Positions 39,224 through 50,174 of a stretch of DNA of 64,000 bases are shown here, in pieces. The position numbers were made by a program, and so were the translations under genes. The notes under the pieces were generated by a model that worked only from the letters and a program-made list of their open reading frames with translations, was not told the origin of the DNA and did no database searches. Each line of letters begins with the position of its first letter. Positions within the stretch are counted from its first letter, which is position 1. The stretch is from Candidatus Nomurabacteria bacterium (GTDB taxonomy: Bacteria; Patescibacteriota; Minisyncoccia; Phycocordibacterales; UBA9973). The stretch covers positions 85 to 64,084 of the forward strand of contig JAPLXU010000015.1 in the NCBI GenBank assembly GCA_026395915.1, in the 5' to 3' direction.

Positions 39224-40732
39224 ATGTCTAAAAAAATAATTCTAATTTTCATGGTGGTTCTCTTTTTCTCTAGATTTAATTTCGCGCGAGCAGAGGTAAT
39301 AATAAATGAAGTTCAAATAAAACCTATAGGAGAAAGTTTTATTGAGCTTTATAATTCAGGTGCCTCTCAAGATTTAACTGGCTGGTTCATTAAACGCAAA
39401 ACTGCCAGTGGATTAGAATATCCGCTTATCTCTGCAAGTCGTTTGAAGGATAAATCTATTCCGGCTGATAGTTATTTTTTATTAACCAACGAAGAAGGTT
39501 ATATAGGCAATATTACATCAAACGTGACATGGGCTAAATCATATAGTTTTGCAAATGACAATACAATTATTTTATATAATGCAAGCGAAGATTCAATTAG
39601 TAAAATTGGATGGGGGGATGTAAGTGATTGCAGTGATCCTTGTCCATCTAACCCACCAGAAGGACAAAGTATTCAAAAAACAGGAAGCGGATCTTGGGTT
39701 ATTGCTACACCTACACCTGGAGCCACAAATGAAGTTTCGGCTACGCTTGCATCAACAGCATCTGGTTCTATAGTCGGCGGTTCGACATCTAGCAATTCGA
39801 GCAATAGTTTTTCCACTCAGACTACCACCACCGCAGAAACAAAAAGCAAAATAACTGAAGAGCCGAAAATCAAAGTTCAAATTGCAACGAAGACGCTCGG
39901 CTTTGTCGATTTGCCGTTGTCTTTTCAAGCGACAGCTTTCGGATTAAGCGGAGAAAAACTATATTATGGAAAATATTTTTGGAATTTTGGTGACGGAAAT
40001 TCCAAAGAAGTATCGGTGACTGACAGTGCGCAATTTACACATACTTATTTTTATCCGGGCGAATATGTCGTGTCTCTGGACTATTATCAGAATTCTTATA
40101 ATCTGAATGTTCCTGATGCTTCCAATCAAATTACAATTAAAATAATTCCAGCCGACGTTTCTATCTCAAAAGTTGGAGATGAAAAAGATTTTTTTGTCGA
40201 GCTCTCGAATAATACAAATTATGATGTTAATATTTCAAACTGGATTCTCGGGGGTGGTTTGAAAAGTTTCATCTTTCCAAAAAATACTATCCTTGGCGCA
40301 AAAAAGAAAATAACCGTTTCTCCAAAAGTAACTGGACTTTCTATTTTAGATAAAGACGTTTTGAAACTAATGAACCCGCAAAATGAAATTATATTTGATT
40401 ATGCGACCTCGATTACCTCTGCTAACATGCCTGCTTTGTCTAAAGCTAACAGATCAGTAAAAAATGTCGTGTCGGAAGCCATCGCGCCGGCGCAAGTTGT
40501 TTCAGTTGATCAAAACGAACAAGTTTCCGCAGAAAATTCATTAGCCACGTCAGCGGACGAACAAGCCTCAGTAGCTTCAAGCGATGTGGTAAAAAATAAT
40601 TCGGTTTTTAATTATTTACCAATGACAATTTTTCTAATTCTGCTTGGTGGAAGCGCCGTTGCGGTTTATTTTATTCGACAAAGAAGAATTATTCCAAATG
40701 TCGGAGACGATTTTAAGATTTTAGATGAATAA
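39224..40732 (+). CDS. Lamin-tail and PKD domain surface protein with a C-terminal TM anchor
   Basis: VIINEV...FIELYN...TPTPG; WNFGDG...HTY. Confidence 0.85.
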   Translation: MSKKIILIFMVVLFFSRFNFARAEVIINEVQIKPIGESFIELYNSGASQDLTGWFIKRKTASGLEYPLISASRLKDKSIPADSYFLLTNEEGYIGNITSNVTWAKSYSFANDNTIILYNASEDSISKIGWGDVSDCSDPCPSNPPEGQSIQKTGSGSWVIATPTPGATNEVSATLASTASGSIVGGSTSSNSSNSFSTQTTTTAETKSKITEEPKIKVQIATKTLGFVDLPLSFQATAFGLSGEKLYYGKYFWNFGDGNSKEVSVTDSAQFTHTYFYPGEYVVSLDYYQNSYNLNVPDASNQITIKIIPADVSISKVGDEKDFFVELSNNTNYDVNISNWILGGGLKSFIFPKNTILGAKKKITVSPKVTGLSILDKDVLKLMNPQNEIIFDYATSITSANMPALSKANRSVKNVVSEAIAPAQVVSVDQNEQVSAENSLATSADEQASVASSDVVKNNSVFNYLPMTIFLILLGGSAVAVYFIRQRRIIPNVGDDFKILDE

Positions 40733-40761
40733 AACAGTGACTTCTGCTATAATGTGTTCAT

Positions 40762-42255
40762 ATGATTTTTATAAATAAAATTTTGCTTATCTTAAAAAAG
40801 AAATGGGTCGTTTTTACTGTTATTGTCGCGCTGATTATTGTCGGTGGCGTATTTATTTTTAACAATAAAAAGACAGTAGGTAATATTATCACGATTAGCC
40901 ATAAAGATTTTATCAATCAAGTTTCTATTTCTGGGAAAGTTGTACCGGCAGAAAGCGTTGATCTTGGTTTCAAGAGTTCTGCAAAAATCAGCCAAATTTA
41001 TTTTTCGGTGGGAAAATTTGTCAAAAAGGGACAGAAGATTGCAGGCTTGGATTCTGGCGATGCGATGGGCGCGCTTGAAATAGCAAAAGCAAATTATGAA
41101 AAAGTTGTGAATGGCGCGACACAGGATGATATCAATGTCGCAAAATCTGCAGTTGAAACAGCGCAGACAAATTTTGACGCTGTCGTCAAACAGCAAGATT
41201 TAGCCGTGAAGACCGCCTACCAAAATCTTTTAAACTCAAATTTAGAAGCAATCTCTTCAGGATCGAATGATTCCGTTGCTCCAACAATAAGCGGGAATTA
41301 TGTTTTAGGAAAAGAAGGTCAGATAAAAATTAATATTTATTATACTGGTAGCGGTCCAAGTTTTAATATTTCTGGCGTTTCAACTGGAAGTGGAACAGTG
41401 ACTACTATAAATCCTCAGCCATTAGGAGACTCAGGATTATATATTAATTTTCCTTCCACTTCATATAGCACTGTTTCAGAATGGATAATTTCAATTCCAA
41501 ACAAAAAAGCGACAAATTATCTTTCAAACTTTAATGCTTATCAGTCAGCTCTTGAAACGGAGAACAGGCTTGTTAGTGTTGCAAAATCAAATCTTGACGA
41601 GGCAAAATCAGCTCTCATTTTTAAGCAATCAAAAGGGAGACCGGAAGATCTTTCTTCGGTGAATGGTTCATTGTTGGTTGCGCAAAGTGACTACAATGAC
41701 AGATTTATTTTTGCGCCATTTGACGGAATAATAACAAGAATGGACGCAAAAGTCGGCGAAATTGCTTCGTTAAATACTCCTCTCATTTCCATGATGAGTT
41801 CGGATGTTTTTCAAATAGAGAGCTACGTACCCGAAGTGAGCATTGTTCAAATTAAATTAGGAGATAAAGCAAAAGTTACCTTGGACGCTTATGGTGAAGG
41901 AGTTGTATTTAACGCAGAAGTTGTCTCGATAGATCCAGCCGAAACAATACGAGATGGAGTCTCTACATATAAAATAAAACTTCAATTTTCAGGGAAAGAT
42001 GATCGCATAAAGTCCGGCATGACAGCAAATGTTTCAATAACGACTTTTGACAAACCCAACGTTATTGTTGTTCCCGGCGGAGTTATTTTTGACAAAGACG
42101 GGAAGAAATTTGTGCAGATAAAAATTAATGAAAAAATAGAAGACAGGGAAGTTGTACTCGGAAGCATCTCTGCCTTAGGTCAGGCAGAAATTGTTTCAGG
42201 ACTCTCGGATGGTGATATGGTCATTCTTAACCCGCTTAATACTGCAATAAAATAG
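40762..42255 (+). CDS. Efflux periplasmic adaptor (MacA-like)
   Basis: APFDG, IKSGMTANV, EIVSGLSDGD. Confidence 0.88.
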   Translation: MIFINKILLILKKKWVVFTVIVALIIVGGVFIFNNKKTVGNIITISHKDFINQVSISGKVVPAESVDLGFKSSAKISQIYFSVGKFVKKGQKIAGLDSGDAMGALEIAKANYEKVVNGATQDDINVAKSAVETAQTNFDAVVKQQDLAVKTAYQNLLNSNLEAISSGSNDSVAPTISGNYVLGKEGQIKINIYYTGSGPSFNISGVSTGSGTVTTINPQPLGDSGLYINFPSTSYSTVSEWIISIPNKKATNYLSNFNAYQSALETENRLVSVAKSNLDEAKSALIFKQSKGRPEDLSSVNGSLLVAQSDYNDRFIFAPFDGIITRMDAKVGEIASLNTPLISMMSSDVFQIESYVPEVSIVQIKLGDKAKVTLDAYGEGVVFNAEVVSIDPAETIRDGVSTYKIKLQFSGKDDRIKSGMTANVSITTFDKPNVIVVPGGVIFDKDGKKFVQIKINEKIEDREVVLGSISALGQAEIVSGLSDGDMVILNPLNTAIK

Positions 42256-42256
42256 T

Positions 42257-43513
42257 ATGTTTTCTTCATTAAATATTCGTATCGGATTTTTTCTTGCAAA
42301 ACGCCAAATAAAAAGATCAAATCCATGGACTACATTTTTGATAATATTTGTGATGTTTTTCACTTTTCTCAATCTCGTGGTGATAAGCGGAATTTTGGTA
42401 GGACTTATCCAAGGCGCTATCGATGCGGTGCGTGTTAATTACACGAGCGATGTGATTATTTCCAATTTAAATGATAAGACATACATAGAAAACAGTCCTG
42501 AAGTTATCAGCATCGTGAAATCTTTACCACAAGTGGAAGTCATGTCGGCGAGATATTTGGATGGTGGCACATTGGAAGCGAATTACAAAACGCGCACGAA
42601 TGAAAAAGAAAAACCGAACACGGCAGTGGCTTCGATAACTGGTATTGATCCGATAGCTGAAGATAAAGTGACTGGCCTTTCGAAATTTATTGTCGAAGGA
42701 GAATATCTGACTCCGACAGATTATGATCAAGTCCTTTTAGGAGCGTATCTTGATAAGAAATATTTGCCGATCGATTCTCCCGGATTTTCTGCTTTGAATA
42801 ATGTCGCGCCGGGGACAAAAATTCGTTTGAAAGTGCACGGAGTAGAACGCGAGGTTACAATAAAAGGAATAATCAAAGCCAAAGTTGATGAGCTTTCTAT
42901 GAGAGTGTTCATGATTGATTCCCAATTGCGGAGCATGATCGGCAGGAGCGACAACAACGTCGCCGAGATATCCATAAAACTAAAACCGGGCACTGATCCG
43001 GCTCTCGTGCGGGACATTTTGAAAAAAAATGGAGTCGATAAAGTTGCCAAAGTTCAAACCTATGCAGACGCTCAGCCGAAATTCATCAAAGATATGGTAG
43101 ATACTTTCGCTTTGCTTGGAAACATGCTTTCTTCGATCGGCTTGGTGGTCGCTTCGATTACGATTTTCATCGTGATCTTCATCAATGCGATAACGAGGAG
43201 AAAGTTTATAGGTATTTTAAAAGGAATCGGAATAAACGAATCAGCTATTGAGATATCATACATTTTACAATCATTCTTTTATGCCTTTTGCGGTTCGCTT
43301 GTTGGCGTCATTGTGCTTTACGCATTTTTGCAACCGTTTATGACAGCGCACCCTATCGATTTTCCTTTCAGTGATGGTATTCTTGTCGCGCCAATTAGCG
43401 GAACGATGCTTCGTGTAGGCTTGCTTATGATAACGACAATTATCGCCGGGTTCATTCCTGCTCGCTTGGTCGTCCGAAAAAATACATTGGATTCGATTTT
43501 AGGAAGGAATTAA
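42257..43513 (+). CDS. ABC transporter permease, MacB/FtsX family
   Basis: RRKFIGILKGIG, GFIPAR. Confidence 0.88.
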   Translation: MFSSLNIRIGFFLAKRQIKRSNPWTTFLIIFVMFFTFLNLVVISGILVGLIQGAIDAVRVNYTSDVIISNLNDKTYIENSPEVISIVKSLPQVEVMSARYLDGGTLEANYKTRTNEKEKPNTAVASITGIDPIAEDKVTGLSKFIVEGEYLTPTDYDQVLLGAYLDKKYLPIDSPGFSALNNVAPGTKIRLKVHGVEREVTIKGIIKAKVDELSMRVFMIDSQLRSMIGRSDNNVAEISIKLKPGTDPALVRDILKKNGVDKVAKVQTYADAQPKFIKDMVDTFALLGNMLSSIGLVVASITIFIVIFINAITRRKFIGILKGIGINESAIEISYILQSFFYAFCGSLVGVIVLYAFLQPFMTAHPIDFPFSDGILVAPISGTMLRVGLLMITTIIAGFIPARLVVRKNTLDSILGRN

Positions 43514-43524
43514 TATGAAAATTT

Positions 43525-44199
43525 ATGATTGAAGTAAAAAATTTAAAAAAATCATTCAAAGACGGGGAGAGCGTGACAGAAGTTTTGAAGGGAATAGATT
43601 TTATGGCGAAGAGCGGAGAATTTGTCGCTATTATGGGACGTTCCGGAGCCGGCAAGAGCACCCTTCTTTACCAAATGAGCCTCTTGGACGAGCCGACGAG
43701 CGGGGAGATTTTTATAGAGGGCAAAGATGTTTCGTCTCTCTCAATAAATGAAAAAACCGATTTCCGTCTTTCTGATTTGGGATACGTTTTCCAAGACTAC
43801 GCGCTTCTTCCAGAGATGACTGCGCTTGAAAATGTTGCTCTCCCGCTTCTTATGCAAAATATTTCTGAGAAAAAAGCGTACAAGGAAGCGGAAGAAGCTT
43901 TGACAAGAGTCGGTCTCGAAAAAAGATTGAATAATTTGCCAAGCAAACTTTCCGGTGGAGAGCAACAAAGGGTCAGCATCGCGCGCGCTATTGCTCACAA
44001 ACCAAAAATTCTTTTTGCCGACGAGCCGACCGCAAATTTGGACAACGAATCTTCCCGTGTAGTCATGGATTTTTTCAAAGAGTTGCACAAAAGCGGGCAA
44101 ACCATAATAATGGTCACTCACGAGAAGGAATACAGCAAGTTCGCCGAGCGTGTCATCCACTTGGATGATGGCAAGATTATTTCTGTGGAGAAGAATTAA
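43525..44199 (+). CDS. ABC transporter ATPase (LolD/MacB-like)
   Basis: GRSGAGKST, LSGGEQQR, ADEPT. Confidence 0.95.
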   Translation: MIEVKNLKKSFKDGESVTEVLKGIDFMAKSGEFVAIMGRSGAGKSTLLYQMSLLDEPTSGEIFIEGKDVSSLSINEKTDFRLSDLGYVFQDYALLPEMTALENVALPLLMQNISEKKAYKEAEEALTRVGLEKRLNNLPSKLSGGEQQRVSIARAIAHKPKILFADEPTANLDNESSRVVMDFFKELHKSGQTIIMVTHEKEYSKFAERVIHLDDGKIISVEKN

Positions 44200-44237
44200 A
44201 TGTTTGATAATGGCGTTTTTTCTGTTATATTTTAAAC

Positions 44238-44254
44238 ATGTCGCTAAAAATCGG
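44238..44254 (+). other. Displaced original 5' end of ychF (MSLKIG), forming the left attachment junction
   Basis: ATG TCG CTA AAA ATC GG; ATCGG core shared with 56820-56824; TATATT -10-like box just upstream. Confidence 0.85.
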
Positions 44255-44461
44255 CACGGCACGAGCGCTACCCAACAAAATTTATCTAACAATATTGGAA
44301 TAAAACAGATTCCGTTTGAATTTACGATAGAACTTCCGGCGCCACTTAGAAGGGGAGTAGATTATGGGTTTAGAAAAATGAAAACATAGAGTCATTGGCA
44401 TTAAGTGGAAAAATAACTAAAAATATGAGATACTAGAGTTTAGTTAATTATGATATAAATT

Positions 44462-45868
44462 ATGAAAAAAATTTGGTCTGAGAAAATTCCAATAAGCAAC
44501 CTTGATCTTTGGGATGAAAATGCTCGCTTTCCAGAAGAGTATTTTAATAAATCAGAAAAATACCTAATAGATTATTTTCTAAAGAAAAAAGATTTCAAAA
44601 TAGAATACTTTGCAAGAGAGGTAGTTAATGAGTTTGATTTACCTCAACTTGAAAAATTGGTTATCTATAGAAATAGAAATAAAAATATTATTTTAGAAGG
44701 AAATAGACGTGTTGTTGTTTATAAATTACTTGCGGAACCAACCTTAACTAATGATACGAATATTCAATCATTTTTTCAGACACTTTCAAAAGAGTTGAAA
44801 ATTGATGCTAATTTTCAACTAGAATCATTAGTTACTTCAGATAAGGATTCTGGTTTGCGTTATGTTGATCGCAAACATACTAAGCGTAATAATGAAGTAG
44901 GGTGGGGTGAACCAGAAAGGCATAATTATAAAGTAAGAAGAGGTAATGCGAGTGCTAAAACTGAAGTGTTTAGATATGAATTGGGTAAATTAGTTAGAAA
45001 ACTTGATCTACCCGAAGAAATAAAAGAAACGATTCTTGGAAAAGGATTTGTTACTACGTTCTACCGCTTGATGGATAGTGAGCCTGCTTCAGAAAATTTG
45101 GGATTTGAAAAGAACGAAAATGGGACAATAAAAATCAAAAACCAAAAGGATTTTAACGAGAGGTTGAAAATCATTGTCTTTGATATAGTGACAAAAAGGG
45201 TTATAGATGGACAGAAATTAGACTCTCGTTTTTTGAATGAAACCAATCAGAAAGAGAAATATTTAAAATCAATAGAAGATGAAGACAAAAAAAGAGTAGA
45301 TAAAGAAATAAAAGATAATACTCGTACAGATATATTTGGCAACAAAGTCATAAATTTCAAAAACGATAAAGGAGTTCCAATTTATACCAACAAAGCAAAA
45401 CAATACCAATCTTTACTTGATCCAACGCTTCTGTCTCCTGGAGTACAAGCAGAAAAAATTAGAGATGTTTTTGGTGAATTACAGAAGATAAATTTAGAAT
45501 TATGCCCCACGGCTGCAGCTCTGTTGTTGCGCACATTGATGGAAATTTCGATTGCAGAATTTGCCGATAAAGCTGGAATAAAATCAGACAATAATGGATA
45601 TTTTAGAGTTGGTAATAATGGTAAGACGAAAGAATCTCTAAAAGAAAAAATAGATTATATTTCGACAAATTATGCTCCAAGGGAAATTCAGGATACAGTT
45701 TCCGTTTTTAATGGTAATTCAATTTTTACTGAAAATTTAAACAAAATAGCACACAATCGATATATTTTTTCTTCAAAAGATACTGTTAAAGCTTTATGGA
45801 AAAATTCAAAATGTTTTTGGGAATTCTTGATTACAAAAATTATTGAAATAGAAAAAAAGGGAAAATAA
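44462..45868 (+). CDS. Protein with a ParB/Srx-like N-terminal domain and possible HEPN-like C-terminus
   Basis: LWDENARF, ILEGNRR; AALLLRTLMEI...NKIAHN. Confidence 0.6.
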   Translation: MKKIWSEKIPISNLDLWDENARFPEEYFNKSEKYLIDYFLKKKDFKIEYFAREVVNEFDLPQLEKLVIYRNRNKNIILEGNRRVVVYKLLAEPTLTNDTNIQSFFQTLSKELKIDANFQLESLVTSDKDSGLRYVDRKHTKRNNEVGWGEPERHNYKVRRGNASAKTEVFRYELGKLVRKLDLPEEIKETILGKGFVTTFYRLMDSEPASENLGFEKNENGTIKIKNQKDFNERLKIIVFDIVTKRVIDGQKLDSRFLNETNQKEKYLKSIEDEDKKRVDKEIKDNTRTDIFGNKVINFKNDKGVPIYTNKAKQYQSLLDPTLLSPGVQAEKIRDVFGELQKINLELCPTAAALLLRTLMEISIAEFADKAGIKSDNNGYFRVGNNGKTKESLKEKIDYISTNYAPREIQDTVSVFNGNSIFTENLNKIAHNRYIFSSKDTVKALWKNSKCFWEFLITKIIEIEKKGK

Positions 45869-45870
45869 TC

Positions 45871-46725
45871 ATGAGATTTTATTCACCATTAAGATATCCA
45901 GGGGGGAAAAACAAATTGGCGAAGTTTATTGCTTTAGTGTGTGAAAAGAACAGTATAAATGGCCACTATATAGAACCTTACGCGGGAGGTGCGTCAGTTG
46001 CTTTACATCTTTTGATAAATGGATATGTAAAAGAAGTTACCATTAACGATTTAGACAGGGCAATATATGCTTTTTGGTATTCTGTGCTTAATGACACTGA
46101 TAAGTTTTGTAATAAAATTAGGACAACGAAGATAACTATTGAGAATTGGAGAAAGTTTAAAGAAATTCACAAGAATAAAGACAAAGAATCATTATTCAGT
46201 TTAGGCTTCGCAACTTTTTTTCTTAATCGAACAAATCATTCGGGAGTTATCGATGGGGGTGTAATTGGTGGAATAGATCAAAAAGGAAATTACAAAATTG
46301 ATTGCCGTTTTAATAAAAAAGAATTAATTGAAAGAATTAAATTAATTGCAAAGCACAAAGCTAATATTAATTTATTCAATCTCGACGCTTTAAAGTTGAT
46401 TGAAAAAATACAGGAAAAACGAGGCAATAAAAATACAATTTTCTACTTTGATCCGCCTTATTATTTAAAAGGCCCATCACTTTATATGAGTCACTATAAA
46501 CAGGAAAACCACAAGGAAGTAAGTGAAAAAATACAAGAGATAAAAAATACGAAATGGATTGTTTCTTATGACAATACTCCAGAAATTAAGAAATTATATT
46601 TGGACTCAAAAAAGAAGGAATATTCCTTTTTTCATACTGCTTACGAAATAAGAGAAGGGAAGGAAGTTTTATTTTCTAGTTGTGGGTTAATTATACCAAG
46701 GATTGCGCAGCCAACAAGAATATGA
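45871..46725 (+). CDS. DNA adenine methyltransferase (Dam/D12 class)
   Basis: SPLRYPGGK, EPYAGG, DPPYY. Confidence 0.93.
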   Translation: MRFYSPLRYPGGKNKLAKFIALVCEKNSINGHYIEPYAGGASVALHLLINGYVKEVTINDLDRAIYAFWYSVLNDTDKFCNKIRTTKITIENWRKFKEIHKNKDKESLFSLGFATFFLNRTNHSGVIDGGVIGGIDQKGNYKIDCRFNKKELIERIKLIAKHKANINLFNLDALKLIEKIQEKRGNKNTIFYFDPPYYLKGPSLYMSHYKQENHKEVSEKIQEIKNTKWIVSYDNTPEIKKLYLDSKKKEYSFFHTAYEIREGKEVLFSSCGLIIPRIAQPTRI

Positions 46726-47147
46726 AAAGAAAAAATGAAGACATAAAAGAAGATTTTGTGCAAAACGCAGTCATTAAATGGTTGTCAAAGAACGATTGGC
46801 GTATTATGTCGCTTGCAACGCTTGGAGAGAAAGGGGTTGATATAAAGGCAAGGCATAATAAATACAGCAGATACTATTTAATTGAAGCAAAAGGCGCAAA
46901 AAATAATTCTAGTGAAGAAGTTGCCTTCATATATTCACTTGGTCAAATTATTACAAGAATGAATACTTCTGGCAAAACACGCTACTATTATGGCTTAGCT
47001 TTACCAGCAGGATCCGCCATTAAGGCTATTCGTAGAGTTCCATTTCAGATAGCCAAAAAATTATTGCTTCATATTTTTTCAGTAGACAAAAAAGGCAATG
47101 TTATAAGGTATATGCCAAAAGATTTGGAAAAATTACAGAAAAAATGA
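46722..47147 (+). CDS. PD-(D/E)xK nuclease-like protein
   Basis: GVDI...IEAKG...LGQ. Confidence 0.7.
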   Translation: MKRKNEDIKEDFVQNAVIKWLSKNDWRIMSLATLGEKGVDIKARHNKYSRYYLIEAKGAKNNSSEEVAFIYSLGQIITRMNTSGKTRYYYGLALPAGSAIKAIRRVPFQIAKKLLLHIFSVDKKGNVIRYMPKDLEKLQKK

Positions 47148-48412
47148 AATTCAAATTCAATACAAAGCAAAAAATGACAAAGCCTGTTCCAAGATTGGAA
47201 ACAGGCCACGATACGATGAAAGTTTTTTTATGAGATGATTTCATGCCTCTGAAAGAACAAAAGAAAACAAGGTAAAGTTGCGCAGGATTTATGAAATGTA
47301 TCCATTTGGCAACCAGTGGTATGACACTATGCATACCATTTATACCCTGTACATAGTTTCGTTACATTTTCGTTAACGAATATTAAAAAACCAATTTAGA
47401 CAAAATAGCCACGCCCACGCGTTTTTATTTTTTAAAATACGTTAACATGCAAACACATTGACGTTATAACTTTTTCTAATAGCAAATATTTTTTTGTGTT
47501 TTATGTAAAGCAAATGAACAGCCCGGTCGGACAATTCATTTTTTACTTTAATTTACTTTATTCTTACAGCTCTTTTATGTTTAGAGCACTGGTAGATGAT
47601 GGTATATTTAAAGCATTTTGAATAAATAGTCTCGTTTTCCGAACTCGCGAATAAGCGTGATACCGTTTTATCTAGTAAGTATTTGCCAGAAAAATCAGTT
47701 CAAAAAAGATCTAATGTTTTTCGAAGGAGATGATGTCTTGCTTCTCCGACGTATATGCAGGTTTTTCAACCTAGGTTTGGTGGACTTACACTATGAACTC
47801 GCATTCATATGTCAATTACTGAAGTGTTTCTTTGCAAGGACTGATTCCAGAAACCCCTAATTGGAATCAACATCTCCAGTTCTCCATTTTCTTTAGACCC
47901 CGCCTGTTCATTAGTTGCCCAACGGGGTCCCTTAACGTGCTTATTCGACTGTTCTATGTAGCCCTTATTTGCTGTTAAGAGCAGTGATAATGGCATTGTA
48001 TGAATACCTTGTACTTTTGCATCAATGGATTCAATGCTGACATATTTTCCTAAAAAGGAAAAAAGGCGTTCCATGTTATAGCTTAACGAAGTAGTTCATT
48101 TGTCTTACTTAAACAAAAACATTTTCAGGATGTACCCAGAGTTTTGAGTACATTTTGAAAAGGTTCTTATACCTTTAATGTATCTTACTCTGTCATCCTG
48201 GTTGATTTTTCTAACCAACATATTCATTTTATCATAGTACTAATTTAAGCTAGAAATAGTGACTTTACAAAGCTTTGACAGAATATATCTTTTTTTGCTA
48301 ATTTCTAGAAATTACTCGCTCGCAGGCGCAAGTTGAGATTCTGTTACTTAAATCTCGGTACATGTTATTTTTGCCAATTATTAAAATCCACAGGAATTGT
48401 ATAAATCAATTA

Positions 48413-48979
48413 TCAATTGTAATTATTTATTGCAGAAAATAGCTTTTTTGCATCATCTATGTTGTTTTCATATCCAGCTAATGCAGAAAGTTTAAGCCAA
48501 CGATTAAAACGCAAGGTGGGCTTCCCATTATATAAATATGATTTCATTTTTTCCCTATTATTCATCATCTTAATCATGCGATTAGTTCTATAAAAAGCTA
48601 ATCCATGAGAAGATTTTCGATTGAAGGTATTTAATTCGTAGGTCAATTTATGACAATGACGACATTTAAACTTTGTAGTTTGCGGTGGAAGATAGAGTTT
48701 AGCCACGCGCCGTTCGCAGTTGCAAATAAACCAACTTCGAGTACCAAAATAGAGTTCGCTATCCGCAATTTTAAATCTTTGCTCTTCCATGCCATATCTT
48801 AAAATCAGAAAGTCAGTTTCGGCGCCATATTCAATACAATAATCAGCTACAGTTTTCACTTGTCCAAAATCGATATTTATGAAGCCATCTACATTCTTTC
48901 TCTGCTCTCTGGCGCGTAGGAGATCTTTTTTAATTGTTTTGGCAGTTAAACTAAAACAAGATTCCACTAAGATTCTCAT
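48413..48979 (-). CDS. Zinc-finger hypothetical protein
   Basis: WFICNCERRVAKLY...KCRHCHKLTY. Confidence 0.7.
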   Translation of the reverse strand: MRILVESCFSLTAKTIKKDLLRAREQRKNVDGFINIDFGQVKTVADYCIEYGAETDFLILRYGMEEQRFKIADSELYFGTRSWFICNCERRVAKLYLPPQTTKFKCRHCHKLTYELNTFNRKSSHGLAFYRTNRMIKMMNNREKMKSYLYNGKPTLRFNRWLKLSALAGYENNIDDAKKLFSAINNYN

Positions 48980-49007
48980 ACCCCTAATTCTATACTAGTA
49001 CCAAAAA

Positions 49008-49229
49008 CTACTGAGTTGAGATGGAAATTATATTAAAAACTTCCAAGATTGAATAAAATATAGATATAATAAAGAGAAAGAATCCTATTGCTCCTATAGG
49101 TAATACATAATTAGAGTTCATCAGATTCCGTATTTGTCTAAAAGGATTGAACGCAGACCAAGTAAACGCTGCTACAAAAAAGATAGTCGAGTATATTAAT
49201 TCCTTATTCTTTTTGTTTTTATTTTCCAT
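49008..49229 (-). CDS. Small membrane protein
   Basis: 2 TM segments; operon context. Confidence 0.5.
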   Translation of the reverse strand: MENKNKKNKELIYSTIFFVAAFTWSAFNPFRQIRNLMNSNYVLPIGAIGFFLFIISIFYSILEVFNIISISTQ

Positions 49230-49235
49230 GTTGTT

Positions 49236-49787
49236 TTAGTTAATTTTAATGAGTTTTGTCTCGTCTATTTTTATATTTTCCAGAATTTGTATATCTCTCA
49301 AATTGTAATACATAGCACACTTGCGAGCCTCTTCAATTATGGCGGTGCCTGTTACTGAAGCAAGCTTGAGAGAGCATAATTGCTCTATATAGTTGTCTCT
49401 TGTTTTATTATATGCAGACAGTGCAGATAAAATGTCATATGATTCTAAATCATAAGGTACATTCTGCGCTTTAGCTTTTTCAATTTCTGTTTTAGCTATA
49501 GCAAGTATTTCTTTTGATAAGAGATTATATTGCTGTTTCTGTTTATTTATTTGCTTGTCTAAACAATCGCCGGTAAAAGCGGTGCTTACGAAAGGGCAGA
49601 TACTGTCTAAACTCAAAACATATTGGTCGTATTCGTTTGAAATAGTAGAGGTGTTTATTTCCGGGTTCGATGTAATGGTGCTGTCTATTTTTACGTTTGG
49701 CGCTGTTTTATGCTCATACCATCCAAGATAAAAGAATCCTGCGCAAAGAATGACTAATGTTGAGATATAAATTATTTTTGTTTTCAT
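49236..49787 (-). CDS. Membrane-anchored exported protein
   Basis: N-terminal TM; spaced cysteines. Confidence 0.6.
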   Translation of the reverse strand: MKTKIIYISTLVILCAGFFYLGWYEHKTAPNVKIDSTITSNPEINTSTISNEYDQYVLSLDSICPFVSTAFTGDCLDKQINKQKQQYNLLSKEILAIAKTEIEKAKAQNVPYDLESYDILSALSAYNKTRDNYIEQLCSLKLASVTGTAIIEEARKCAMYYNLRDIQILENIKIDETKLIKIN

Positions 49788-50173
49788 TAAAATGAATACT
49801 GGCAACCACAGACACCGCATTTACAGACAAACCAGTGGCAATCAAGACATTCTTTGTGAGTAGAGCCACTTAAACTTTCCTTACAGTTATAACAGCGCAC
49901 AACACGATCTGGCTTGGTTGTTTCTTCTTTCAACTGTATATTTACTTCTACCAGCTTATTCAATATTCTTCCTGCTTCACATTTTACTCTTAACTCATTC
50001 AATAAGCTCTTTTTCCATTTCTCATCAAATAATTCCGAGTCAAATAAAAGTTTCGCTTTTTCTATCTCATTTGACATTAATAAGTTGAAAATTTTATCTT
50101 TAAAAATTTTGCGGCAGTGTAAATCGTTATCATAATAAGTCTCTTTTCTACATTTTGAACAAATTTTTCCCAT
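49787..50173 (-). CDS. Cys-rich zinc-binding hypothetical protein
   Basis: CYNC...CLDCHWFVCKCGVCGC. Confidence 0.65.
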   Translation of the reverse strand: MGKICSKCRKETYYDNDLHCRKIFKDKIFNLLMSNEIEKAKLLFDSELFDEKWKKSLLNELRVKCEAGRILNKLVEVNIQLKEETTKPDRVVRCYNCKESLSGSTHKECLDCHWFVCKCGVCGCQYSF

Positions 50174-50174
50174 G

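Noticed and set aside
44150-44389. 79-aa ORF as an independent gene
   Set aside because: Spans the attachment junction; its 3' part is better explained as the excised-state recombinase tail
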